A stretch of DNA of 63,989 nt, counting the filler, from Basidiobolus meristosporus CBS 931.73 (Eukaryota > Fungi > Basidiobolomycota), in assembly GCA_002104905.1 (NCBI GenBank). It is 3 parts of 3 records of this genome, joined end to end, with 100 filler letters (N's around TTAATTAATTAA, not from the genome) between each part and the next. Parts side by side here need not be neighbours in the genome. Positions count along the whole stretch, not along the records: positions 1 to 23,636 come from MCFE01000963.1; positions 23,737 to 44,568 come from MCFE01000997.1; 1 more part is not named here. The stretch is one strand, 5' to 3'. A model generated the notes under the pieces. That model was not told the origin of the DNA. It did not search any database and saw only the letters and a program-made list of their open reading frames with translations. The translations under genes and the position numbers were made by a program. Positions 13,300-25,610 of this stretch are shown one piece after another (within the stretch, counting starts at the first letter, position 1; every line of letters starts with the position of its first letter).

Positions 13300-15645
13300 A
13301 AACATCTGAGTAAACCTCAGAGGTAGTAAAGGATATTCAAGCTCTTACCTTCAAAGAAGTAGTGACTATCACTATGTCAACAAGAGTGCAAGCTTGGCCT
13401 ATGCCTATTCAGTCCTATTGATCAGCTCCAGAAGGTAAAATAGGCTCTAAACAGTCCTCAGACAAGGTTTTGGAAAAACTCTTTGGCTGAAGAATTACAA
13501 GGCCTGTTATAAATTCAAACATGGGACTTGGCCAAAATACCAATGCACCAAAAATCATTTGGACATAGGTAAGTGTTCAATATAAGGCTGGTGATACAAT
13601 TCAAGCATACAAAGCAAGACTTATGGCAAAAGAATACTTTCAAATGAAAGTACTGGGCTACAATGAAACCTTTGCCCAGTTGGCCTAATTAATTCTACCA
13701 GACTACAATAGGCAAGTGCAGCCAAATATAAGGTTTTTACATCTCATATGGTCCTAAAAGCTGCATTTTCAATGAGGAACCTGATCAGGATATGTACATG
13801 GACCAGCTTGATGGGTATGAGCACCAGAATAACCTCCAATTGGTCTGCAAGCTTAGTGAGTCCTTATGTGGTCATACATAAAAGCAAAGAAGGACTAAAG
13901 ATATGCATCTGGTAAGCAATACCCAACGCACTCAGTATCTAGCTCCTGAGGCTTGTAACATGTCACAAAAATGCATGGCATTCACTTACTCCACTGGTAC
14001 TATCTGGCATTATAAGTTGTTAGCATAGGTTTTAATTCTGGGCTAGTATTATATGTAGTGCCAGATAGTGCCATGCATTTTTGTGACATGTCAAAAGCCT
14101 CATGAGCTAGATTTGGAATGCTATGGGTATTGAATACCATATGCATGTCTTTTGTTGCTCTGCACTCTTACTTCCCATGAACAACATAGATTCCAAAAAA
14201 AGCTCAAAAGTAGATTTTCAAAAGCACAATAGGTGAAAAACAGGTGCTGCTTTGCATGAAGAGGAAGAAATATGTTTAACACTGTGTGGCCAAGTCCAGA
14301 TTTGCTGTGCATCTCTAACATACAATGCTAATATTTGACACTCATGGCTCAATATGGCACTGTTCAATGAAACAAGTCTTATATGTGCAGGGTTTTATTA
14401 TAGCTATCAAATACCCAAGAAACATGGCAACAGACTAGATTGAGCCTTTTTAAGGAGTTTGAGGTGCTCAACCTAGGAGAGCTCAGTTATTACTCAGGGA
14501 TAGAGCTCTCCATAGACAAGAGTACCCAGAATCTCACCCTAAGACAGTTCAAGTATATTTAAGATATACTTAAGAAGATCCAAATGGAAGACTGCACAAT
14601 GGCAGCTATCCAAATGGAGAAAAACCTTAACTTGATTAATGTTTAACCAAACAAAGAGAACTTGATATTATCTGAAAGCTGAAATTTTGCTTACCAATAC
14701 ATAGCAAGCAGTCTGATGTATAGCATGCTTTGACATGTCTAGATATCTGATATTCAGAGGGTGCTGGCAACCAGCACAGTTAATGATTTGAATCTGATTA
14801 TATTACAGCAGTTCAGCAGATTCTTTGGTATTTGAAAGTAATGATATCCTCTCAAAGTACACCTACTAAGATTCAAACAGACACTTATAAGTGACTCTAA
14901 TGCATTTTGGAACAGAACTCAGAAGACTGATCATTAACCATAGGATACACTTTTCTTTACTATAAGGAGAAATTTCATAGAATCCAAGAAAGCAACCGCT
15001 TGTAGCATTCTGTTCCACAGAGGTAGTATATATGGCAGCCTGTGAGGCTACACAAATGCAATATTGCTAAGGAAGCCTTTCAGAGACCTAGGTTTACATC
15101 AATCAGCACTTACTATACTACATCAAGATAACCAAGGATATCATTTCATTCATGAAGGCAGAGTAACAAGCTTGGTTAATTTAGCTCATTGTACTCACGA
15201 TGAAATGACTGCAAATATATTTATTAAGCCATTGGCTACAAATGCTTGCATATTGCAAATAACAACCAGGAATTGTAAATTTGAGTATTTATTTGAGCTG
15301 GAGTATTTTATAAAACTTTTAGCTGATCCTATATACTCATCTAACTTGATAACTTAGTTCATTACCTACTAATCTTCAAGAGTTTTGACCATATTCCCTA
15401 TAGGAATTTACTTCAAAAATCTTGACCTAGCATCATGTGCACAGAGCACGAAACTTTGACAAGTTGTCCATCAGCCTCAAACCTCAAACACATGATCTTG
15501 AAGCCTTCTCAAACATACTCATAGCATGCTTTACCAGTACCACACAAAAGTATGGTTACTGCTTTTACATACAGCAAACCATTAAGTGGAAATCACTTAA
15601 CTTGCTGATTTTTGGATTGCTTCCAATGTCTCCAGAGCTTGTAAA
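13300..15645 (+). mobile_element. Highly decayed copia RT/RNase H relic ending in a degenerate family-A-like LTR (about 15305-15645)
   Basis: Nucleotide similarity to 5400-6990 (RT and RNase H, e.g. LHQDNQG and ANIFIKPL). Confidence 0.75.
13898..14379. mobile_element. Truncated second copy of the foldback (palindromic) non-autonomous element
   Basis: The centre palindrome and right arm match 48880-49376 (ATTTTTGTGACATG, GGCTCAAT.TGGCACT...AACAAGTC). The left arm is truncated. Confidence 0.8.
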
Positions 15646-15681
15646 ACCAATATCAATATTTCTGGTCACCATTACAGAAGA

Positions 15682-18600
15682 TGTTGTATTTTCAGAACTA
15701 ATTTGGATATAAAGAGCTTCTCAAGTAATAGTGATAATAGTTGAACTGACTATTATCTCATAAAGAAGATCAGTAATTCTACCTTTGTAGAAGTAAAACA
15801 ACTGCAACACCAAGTAAGAAGAGCTTCTCATCACTCAGGAGCATTCTGTTACAGCTTCAGAGCTAGTACATAATGTTTGGCAATAGTGCTAATTTCATCC
15901 TTTACTCAGGGGCATAATTATAGGATCATATATCTGAAGCAAGTGGCAAAGTGAAGGCTGTAGGTTAGCTCTACAGTGACCAAGCCTACTACAGGATTGT
16001 TAGGTAAATTTTTAGCTGCTAAGTGATACCAAATGGTTTAATTTTTCAATTCTCCCCCTAAACTCAATAACTTCCCAATCCTAGTTTTTTTCTGAGATTC
16101 TCAATTGTGGCCTGGCTATTGGTTTTGTCAATATATGTCATTATCTTGTCAGTTAGGCAGTAAACTTACTCTACTTAGTTATTTCTACAGCTTCCTTCAC
16201 AAAGTGATGTTGTGAATCTATATGTCATTAGTTCTGACAAGATCAGTAAGATTCCTAGCTGGTGAAATACAACTTTGAGTATTCTTGTAAATACTGTGTT
16301 GGATTGTCCGATTTGAACCAAAGTCTTTGAATACTTTTTGTAGCCATACAGCCTCCTTTTTTGCTTGACAAGCAGAAACATACTCAGCTTCAGTTGTAGA
16401 AAGGGCAAGAGTTGGTTGTTTCTTGCAATTCCAAGTAATACCTGCACCAGCATTAAGCAATACATATCCCACTGTAGAGCATCTGGTTAATCATATCCCT
16501 ACCCCAATCTGAATTATTTAACATCAAACTGTTGCCTATAAGCTGCTCCAAAGTATTCCAGTATCACATCTATGGTACCTTGTAGATATCTGAAAATACA
16601 CTACACTGCTGGAATTTCATTTCATTCATAAATTTGCATAAATTGACTGACTATTCTACTACCACTGCAAAATTTGAACATGTAGACTCCATCAAGTACA
16701 TCAGGCTGCCAGCCACTGATTGATAGGGAAAGCTTTAGTCCATACATATAGCCTTTTGACATAAACTGGCTAAGTTTTGCTCAGTTTTGAGTTATTGTAC
16801 ATGAGGGTAGCTATGGGCTTACATTTTTCATTTTGAGGCATCTGAGAGTGTCCCTAATGTACTTAGACTGACTTGGCACAACATTTTGCACAGGTATGGA
16901 AAATACGACTTTATTTCCAAGAAAATGGCTCAACTTTCCAAGATTGTTGATCTCAAACCTGCTGAAGTGATCCAATTTTGACTGTTTAAGTGCCTCTTGG
17001 CCCTGGTAACAATTATTAGGTTGTCCACATAAAGATTTGGTAAATCTACCAGTTCCCATATTCTTGCCCTGATCAGGGATTGGTACTCCTCCTGCATGGC
17101 TTGTTGCCACATACTAGCATATAGACTTTGCATTGCCTTTGTAGATTATGAGGTTTGGCACACAAGGCAAGATAAGCTTCTTCATAATCATTGGATGTTG
17201 GTCACCAAAGATCTACAGGTATTTCTTATTCTTGTCAATCTCCTAACTCGGATAATCTGATCTGATCTGGAACTGGTAGAATAATCTTCCACATCTGGCT
17301 AAAGTAGGCATGTTTCTACTTCATTAGTGTTGATTGCATCAATCAGGGAGCTGGCCAATGATTTCAGTGTCTTTATGACCTGAACTCTCCTCAAATACAA
17401 CCTGCCTGCTCTTGATCCACTTCTGAACTTGGCTATCATTACATTCTGTAGGCTTAAGTATGCTGAAAACACTCTAGAAAGCTTCCTGTGTTACAAGTCT
17501 TGGTATAAGAGTTGCAGAGGAATAGGGAGCTTAGCTAGTATTGTATTCACTACAAACTGGAACTGCTCTTTATTGAGATTCTAGCAGCTCCTTATATACA
17601 TTTTGCCAGATCAATTGCTGACTATTGTATTTTCTAATGTAGGCTGTGGCTGATGACTCATTTGATTGCATCATCATTGCCCAATACAGATCCTGCCTAA
17701 TATATCTATTTCTGTCTGACAAGGATCTGCTGATTCATTTGCTGACTAATGTTACTGATTTGATAGATAATACTAGATGATACTGATAATCATAGACAAA
17801 TAACTAATTGATTTGACTAAAAGCTGATCTAACTTGAACATTTCAAGCAGCAGATCATAACACCTGTTCAACTCTTAGGTTCCAACCTGGAGCATTGTTT
17901 GCCAGAAATGTGATAGAAAACATCACTGCCAAAGACCCTGAGAGTGCTGGAGGTCTAGTTGTTTGCCTGTATATGCTTCAAAGGGTATAGAGCCTCATTG
18001 TTCTGTAGTTGAGCAGCTATTCTTGATATATACCATATGCAGCAACAGATTCAGCCCAAAACCTGTAGTCCAGTCCCTTATCATGTAGAGTAGACCTTCC
18101 TAATTTCTACTGGTGTTTGATTTGCAAGTTCTGCTACTCCATCTTGCCATGGAGTAATGTAGAACAGTGATCTGTTTAAGTATGCCAGTAGATGAGCACA
18201 GATTTGCAAACTCCTTTGGCAGTATTCCCCTCCATTCTCACTTTGAAGTACCTTCAACTTACACCCAGTTTAGTGTCACTGCCATGTTCTTAAAGTGCCT
18301 AAACATCTCCAAAGCTTCATCCTCTGTCTTGAGAAGTATACCAATGGATATCTTGTCTTGTCATCACTAAGCATCATATGTTACAAGTCTTGGTATCAGT
18401 GTTGTAGAGGAATATGAAGTTGAAGCTAGTACTGTATTCACTAAAACCTGAACTGATCTTTATTGAGATTCCAGCAGCTTCTTATATACATTTTGCTAGA
18501 TCAATTGCTGACTAATTGTATTTTCTAATGTAGGCTGTGGCTGATGACTCATTTGATTGCATCATCATCACCTAATAAGATCCTACTTGGTATATCTATA

Positions 18601-20755
18601 TATGTCTGATAAGGATCTGCTTGTTTCCCATATGAACAAACCCTGCAGACATGCAATTTGATTGAAATTGGGTGATTAAGGCCCAAAACTAGTTCATTTT
18701 TGCCAATTGGCTCATTTTCTGTTCCCCACTCTTTCCTTGACTCCTATGCCATGCCTTCCAGCTAGTTTCAACAGGTTCAGCAATGCTACATACTCCAGTA
18801 AAGTGATCTTGAATAGTAAGTTTTATATGTTGTGATCTCTGATTTGCAAAGCTAATTTTTGTCCATTTTTACTCAATGTTGAGCAGCTCAACTTAGTAAA
18901 AGCAAATTTCAGTCCCTGAGTAGTTGCTCTACTGACTGAGAGTAGGTTCTTAGCTATTTCCTGGTATATAAAGTAGGTCAGTCAGTTTTGCTGTTGTTGC
19001 CCCTGAGGATATCACTCTTATTTGGCTTTATAGACCCACTGGGAGTAGCTTCCAGAATAGGGTTGTCTCTCAGATAAGCTTCTCTTACAGGCATAGTCTT
19101 AAAGTTGTTAAACCGCTCCTATTTACCACAAATATGTTGTGATGCTCCAGAGTCAATATACCATTGATTACTTTAGTTACTTGGACTCTCTTGTGGAGTT
19201 ACAAATAACTGTGCATCAGCATCTATATAGTTTGCCTGCTCTAGTTTCTCTTATTTCTCTGCTTGTTTCTTCTTGCTTTCTCCTGCCCAGTGTCCTGTCT
19301 TCTAGCAGTAGCTACAGCAATCAGGTTTTCTTTGGTTTTGTTGCTTTCTCTTCTTTTTGTTGTGTCTATCTGAGCTGAATAAAGCATTATCTTCAGTTTT
19401 CTCTGCTTGATCAATACATCTAAGTTCTTCATGGTGAAGTCTTCATTTGACATGGTCTAACGATCAGACTGTCTTCTCTGCTTTCAAATCAAAGTACAAG
19501 AGGCTCATACTTGTCTAGTAAGTTGCAAAGCAGACAGAGTTCTTTTCTTCATCATCTACACCAGCATTAATGCTAAAATATTGTAGAGACATATTTGAAG
19601 TGAAATGAAGAATTAGAAGATTGGTGATGATACTCAGTTAGTTGATTTATTGAGTTGCAATGTAGTGTTTGATACTTATTTTCGGAACTATGTAAGAGTA
19701 GCAATTTACTCATTACAAGGGGAGTCTCAGGAGTACATGTGCCAAGTTTCAGCTCATTTGGACAAGTTGCAGATTTTCCTATAATTCTGTACTTCACTAA
19801 TGTTTGACAATTAGTAATATATAACAACAGTTTCTAAGTTAGTATTCTGAGATATGTCATTTAACTAAGTGCGTTCATAATATAATAATTAGTGGACTCC
19901 AATTATGTCTACAATGAATAGTGTCAAGTTCTTTGGCCAGTGTCTCCATTCTGGTAATGAGTTGTAGCATTTCATCAGCTAGCTTCTTCCTCAAGTTGAA
20001 GAACACTGGTTTGCAATAATGCTTGCTTAGTACTGACTTTGCTCTAAAGAGCATATCCAAGGATTCCCATGCTGCTTTGGCAGAATTTGAGGCATGAATT
20101 TGTCCAATAAAGGAATCTTGTACATGCTGACACTTATAGCATCAAAGGCTTTTTCTCCTTCTCTTCAAACTTCTCCACATCTTCTGTTGTTCCTTTAGGC
20201 TAGAGTTCTCTTCCTGTGACTATAGTTTGAAAGCTTTTTTTCCCAAGATGGACCTGCATCTTGATTCTCCAAAGTCTGTAGTTCTTCCCATCAAACCTCT
20301 CCTTTACAGACTAGATGTCTGTATTGTTCAGTTGGCTGGTGGATGTCAGCTTTGGAATTGATTCAAGGCATTCAGGATTCATAACCTGCTGCAATTTAAG
20401 AAGTAATTTGGACATAAGGAACTTATCAAGAAATAGTTGTAATAGTTAGGACTGTTATTCACTTATAAGGAGGCTCAGTATTTATACCTTGGTAGAAGTG
20501 ATACAACTGTGACACTAAGGTAAAGAGTGCTTCTCAACACTCAGAAATATTCTTTAACAGTTTCAGGGTGGGTATATAATGTTTGGTAATAGTGCTAATT
20601 TGATCCAACTCTAGGGGACTATCTTAGGATTATATATATGACAAAAGTGGCAAAGTTGGGGCTATATGCTAGTCCTATGGAGCCCAAGACTAGTCCAGAA
20701 TTGTTAAGTATATCTTTAGATATTGAAGGCTACCAAATAGTACAATATATCAACA
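15682..20755 (-). mobile_element. Near full-length degenerate Ty1/copia element, family B
   Basis: 5' LTR 20387-20755, PBS GGTTATGAATCC, gag (ERFDGKNYRLWRIKMQ), integrase remnants, RT, RNase H (ITWNCKKQPTLALSTTEAEYVS), PPT TAGGGGGAG and 3' LTR 15682-16051. Near-TSD GAAGA/GAGGA. Confidence 0.88.
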
Positions 20756-22550
20756 GAGGAAAGGACACACATCAAGCAGATGCTCTCAAAAGAAAGATCA
20801 TTGGCAGAAAAGCCAGAATATGGATACGCAGCAGCCATCAAAGTTAGAGTATTTGTACCTGCTTTGTGTGTGACAATAAATAATAATAAGTAGTTATGGT
20901 ATTCTAATTCTGAGGTATATCAGTACTTGTTACACCACAAAGACTTTGCCCCCAACATCAAGACATTCCAATTTTGATGGTTTTCATGTATAACTATAGA
21001 ACTCCTGATGGAGCTGGGCAAGACACTGTCCAGGCAGGCACTAGAAAAATGATGGAGGCCATATATATACCCCCAAAGGTGGACTCAAATAAACCAGAAA
21101 TAGCCAAGAACATATTATCTGTAGTGAAGGCCACAGCACTAGGACTCAATTCTCATTTTGAAAGCTCTAGATGCAGGATCACAGATGACAATTGCACTCA
21201 TGTTGCCTTAGGTAGTAGCAATCAGAGCATAGATAAGCCAAAAAAGATCCTAGCATATCTGGATGCCAGTATTGATAACTTAAGTAAAAGGCATTAAAGG
21301 GTTGTTACAGCAGAATTGGAAACATCCATTTTGATCCATTTAGTCAAATGATCAAAAACTAAGATTCCAAAGTGTAAATTGATTCCATAGCTAATTTGTA
21401 CACTGTGTGGCCCAATATAGAGGAAGCAAGCCAGGCTGGTGTCAAACTGGTCTGCACTAGTCAGAGCTACAAAGATTATATAGCCTAGATTTGAGTTGCA
21501 ATATATAACATAACATTATGCAATTATACTCCATTTTAGACTTCGCAAAGATAAGAACCAGCTGAAGCACACCCAGGATTATCTGTTTGCACAGCACATG
21601 CCAAAACTGCCACAGATTGGTCAAGACTTAGATCAAAAAGTGCAAAATTGACATTTTTAAGCCACTGCAATGCCAAACTCAAGAAATAAGGCAAGTCTGA
21701 GGATGATTTTGAATTATTGAACTATATAGTATTATACATCAGCTTAAAAGTCACTTAACTATTATGGACAAGTCTTAGTCCCTGCAGGACTCATTTACAG
21801 CCCAATATTGCCACTCTCTTTCACCTATATGGCACAATGATCATTACCATATACTCTAGATCAAATTAGAACTCTTACCAAATATTATGTATTAAGCCTG
21901 AAGCTTTTACAGAAGGCTCCTGAAAGGTGAGAAACTGTTGTCACTTAGCATTGCAGTTGCGTTACTTCTACAATGGAATCAATCTTGGCTGCTTTATAAA
22001 TAAATAACAGCTTGACTATCATCACTATTTTGCTACAGGTTCTGGATATCCAGACACTTCTTAAACTTTGTAACAATCTATGAGCCATAATTGCCACTTT
22101 CTATTCTAAGTATGACTGCTACCAGCAAACAGAGCAACACAAACATCTTTGCTGCAAGGGAGAGGTATGATGCAAGAGCTAAAGACTTTGGAGAATCCAC
22201 AAGTATACTCAACATGTGGAAAGAAAGCTTTGAAATACAGTAACAGGAAAAAAAATTGAACCCAAAGGAACAGCAGAAAAAGTTGAGAAGTTGCAAGAAA
22301 AGCCTATAGTAGCATATACCAAATGTGAAAGATTCATTCATTGAGCAACCTTGTGCATTCAATGCTGCTAAAGCTGTATATGAATGTATAAAGAAGATCT
22401 TTAGTGCAGAGTCAACATTATGCAAGCTTCATTTAAAAAAAAGGTTTGTCAACATGAAGAAGAAGCCAGTGTATGACATCAACATAAATGATGAAAAGAA
22501 AAAGTATCAGCAAGAGCAAAGTTCCTGGTTGCAGTTGCAGTTGCTATGAG
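20756..22550 (+). mobile_element. Scrambled copia relics (protease/GAG-pre piece, family-B LTR remnant about 21780-22075, gag stub)
   Basis: KPEIAKNILSVVKA motif, similarity to the family-B LTR, and a gag-like start at about 22150. Confidence 0.65.
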
Positions 22551-22848
22551 GGGAGAAGAGGAGACTGAGAGGATGGCTGGTAGGAAGCAGCATCTTGCCA
22601 ATATATAGAAGTCCCCATAGGTCTCAGCCTGAGTCTATGATAGGATATAACAAGTCAGGAGTGATGGCAAGATAGTCCATCAGTTGTTGGCAAGCATGCA
22701 ACTGATTTGATCATACTCATCACCAGTGTAACCCATGCTGAGCACAATCACCTCAGAATGAGTGGTTGAGAATCTCCAGCAATAATGCCATCAGGCTGGC
22801 TGCAATCAGTGACCATCCAAGTCACACCTCTGTCAGATTCCTTGAAGA

Positions 22849-22922
22849 TATAGCCATAGTCTAGTGGTTAAGGCTGGGCAGGGCACTCATCAGGCCCAGG
22901 GATCAATACCCACCTGATGCTA
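22849..22922 (+). pseudogene. Degenerate tRNA-derived sequence (pseudogene or SINE-like head)
   Basis: A-box/D-arm TAGTCTAGTGGTTAAGGC and a decayed B-box GGGATCAATACCC. The anticodon and acceptor stems do not pair. Confidence 0.3.
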
Positions 22923-23012
22923 ATAGCTGAAAATACATGGGAGGGGATAATCAGTGGTTTTAATTTTTTTTTCAAATATTTTGCCAGTCACCCTTAAATA
23001 TGCACTGACTTG

Positions 23013-23137
23013 AGCTGACCCTAAGCAGGGAGACTTTTAGCTGACCCTAAGCAGGGACTTTTTTAGCTGACCCTAAGCAGGGACTTTTTTAGCTGACCTA
23101 AGCAGGGACTTTTTTAGCTGACCCTAAGCAGGGACTT
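23013..23137. repeat. Tandem repeat, about 5 x 26 bp (AGCTGACCCTAAGCAGGGACTTTTTT)
   Basis: Units start at 23013, 23039, 23065, 23091 (1-nt deletion) and 23116 (partial). There are no spacers. Confidence 0.95.
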
Positions 23138-23262
23138 GTTCCTTGATTAAACAGCCTTTTAAGAGCTAGTAGGTTTGAAATGTGTTTATTCAAAAATATC
23201 TTACTATGCCAAAACTTTCACACTGCTCAAAAAGTATATGTATCTGCTTTTGAGAGCCCAGC

Positions 23263-23595
23263 CTAGCAGCAGTCATCACAGCAGTCATCATAGCAGTCAT
23301 CATAGCAGTCATCATAGCAATCATCATAGTAGTCATCTTCACAGCAGTCATCATAATCATCATCATAGCAGTCATCATAGTCATCATCACAGCAGCAATC
23401 ATCTTCCCAGTCATCATAGCAATCATCATCATAATCATCACAGCAATCATCACCATATCCATAGGAGTTGTACCATCTCTTCTGGAGTGCACTTCCAGTG
23501 GTAGCTACCTCCACCTGGGGTAAAGCCAAGCTGGTCTTCAGGAGGAGAACACTGACCATGGCCACAAGGGAGGCTCTGCTTAGAAGGGATCTCAT
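23263..23595 (-). CDS. Small secreted prepro-peptide with an Asp/Cys/Tyr-rich 70-aa mature region
   Basis: Intact 110-aa ORF with a hydrophobic signal (…LLLKTSLA-LP), a short propeptide ending in KR (Kex2-type site) and DDCY/DDCC repeats. AATAAA lies on the minus strand at 23185-23190. Confidence 0.85.
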   Translation of the reverse strand: MRSLLSRASLVAMVSVLLLKTSLALPQVEVATTGSALQKRWYNSYGYGDDCCDDYDDDCYDDWEDDCCCDDDYDDCYDDDYDDCCEDDYYDDCYDDCYDDCYDDCCDDCC

Positions 23596-23636
23596 AGTGA
23601 AAGGTGGTGGACTGAGTGTGGCAAAAGAGAAGGATC

Positions 23637-23736
23637 NNNNNNNNNNNNNNNNNNNNNNNNNNNNNNNNNNNNNNNNNNNNTTAATTAATTAANNNNNNNN
23701 NNNNNNNNNNNNNNNNNNNNNNNNNNNNNNNNNNNN
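23637..23736. other. Assembly gap
   Basis: N-run containing the artificial linker TTAATTAATTAA. Confidence 1.
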
Positions 23737-24190
23737 GACCACAAGAAGTTTCAAACCGTACTGGATGGGCCCATTCGTTGTAAGTAGAATAATGCCATTC
23801 TCAACATATCAGCTCGTAGATATGAGTGGCCAAGTTCAGAAAACGTTAGTCCACCGAGACAGACTAAAAATAGCATTGCAAGGCGGACCATTCCCCGAAA
23901 AGAAGGTTTGGTACCATAAAGACGAGGATTCTTCAGGAGAAGAATCAATTGAAGAAGGGGAAAATGTTATGAAAGTCTGAATCCCGACCAGAACAAGCAG
24001 CAAGTTGTCGCATATAGAGATGCGTCAACACCAAAAATCATCAAAGATGATCAAAGACAGATGGGCTAAAGTAAGACAAGTTGTATGCAAATGATTGAGA
24101 AATGTATAAAGAGTAGATCCTACGCTAAAATAAAGGATAGACCTTGTTACACCAAACAGAAGGACAGGAACTGGCCTGGATTTCATAACA
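23737..24190 (+). mobile_element. 3' end of a Ty3/gypsy element (integrase C-terminus, PPT, 3' LTR 23965-24190)
   Basis: GPY/F-type motif FKPYWMGPFVVSRIMPFSTYQL...VHRDRLK, PPT GAAGAAGGGGAAAA, and an LTR with a perfect 10-bp terminal inverted repeat TGTTATGAAA...TTTCATAACA. Confidence 0.88.
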
Positions 24191-24194
24191 TCTT

Positions 24195-24520
24195 TGTTAC
24201 AGGGTAAAGTATACCTGTAGAATAAGTGGTAGGTACTCCGCAAAAGACAACCATCTGTATGGATATAAGGGCAATCATGCCGATCTACACCCAAATAGAG
24301 TTACTCGGACCAAAACCCTATCTAGCACCAATTTATCACTAATCTATCACTGAAACCTAATTAGCACACACAGTATAAAAGGTACACCATGAATAACGAT
24401 TGTAGACAAGCTTGTACACAAATAAAGTATCTTCTTACTTGCAACCTGGATCAACTCTACCCTCTCCGGAATCCCAAGAGATATACTGCTTAACCGGGAT
24501 TTCCCTCTACGAGTGTAACA
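24195..24520. mobile_element. Probable solo LTR of a further family
   Basis: TGTTACA...TGTAACA termini, 326 bp, flanked by the 4-bp direct repeat TCTT. Confidence 0.7.
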
Positions 24521-25610
24521 TCTTGTTATAAAGTAGGGAGTCAGTCGATGTTAAGCGACATCAACGCGTACAAAGACGACCTAGTAGCCCAAAAAAAGAC
24601 AAATCGCATACACTCACAATAAGGTAAAAATACGAAGCAAACAATCAAATAAAGGAGTTAGAATTGAGAACTCTATCATCTTCTCATACCACCCCGTCGA
24701 ATCCACTGCTGTTGGTTATGGTTACATAGTAATGAATTTAACCTGCGAAAAGTGCTACTTTATACCGGATAAACTGGACTGTTTTCAGTTTGGAGCGTGA
24801 TCTAACCCATTTATGTTGGAGCCAATTTTGGAAATGTGGCCAACGAATTCCTGGGTTCTTCCCAAACGTGATCAATATTAACGGCAAGCCCACATATCTT
24901 AGCACCTATTGTGGTAGTTGAAGATTCTTTAAAACTAGTCATCCTAGCCTTACTTTAGCGGCTCAAGGCCTTCCTTGCTAAAAAAAGGTACTTTGGCATT
25001 CTATATCAACGACTGAACCTCTTGAACCAGCTTTACGACCAATGGCTCATTGATACCAATCAAAGGATTATTGCAATTATGGGTGCAAACAAGAACCATC
25101 CTCAAAAAAGCAAAGCATCCAGCCGAAGTCAAGCCCAATATCAACTAGTTGTTCAAAAAGAATATCATGTGGGACATATGGTCTCCAACAGCAAATGTAT
25201 CGAAGTCTATCTGGAAAAATATGAACACTTGCTCAAGTGGAAAAATATAATCTATATGTAATAAAAGTGAGCCTTCAGCTTGGATCAACGCAAATAATAA
25301 TCCGATTTCAAAATAGTTTTGGTTACTCATAATTGGGTGACTTTTCTTGACGATATTGTAGTCAGTCAGCTGCATGTACCTGAAATACAAAAATTATGAC
25401 AAATTAAGCGTATTTCGAGCCCACAGGCTTGAAAGACTAAACCTCCAGGTGGATTACCAATTTAATATTAAGTCGCCAGTACCTGCATGTTGTATGACCT
25501 GAAACTTAGTGATTGATAGTCGTGGGAATTAAGAAGAACCGTCGGGACTACACATATACGAATATAAAGCCCAAAGAGGAGTGATCATTCAAGAAACACT
25601 TAACGACAAA

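Noticed and set aside
23013-23137. CRISPR-like array
   Set aside because: Units are contiguous with no unique spacers, there are no cas genes, and the context is eukaryotic.
23175-23504. His/Ser-rich ORF on plus and Met-rich ORF 23190-23492 on minus
   Set aside because: Shadow frames of the Asp/Cys/Tyr gene. Only 23595-23263 has an ATG, signal peptide, KR site and poly(A) signal.
23637-23736. TTAATTAATTAA palindrome inside both N-runs (also 44569-44668)
   Set aside because: Identical in both gaps and has stops in all six frames, so it is an artificial scaffolding linker.
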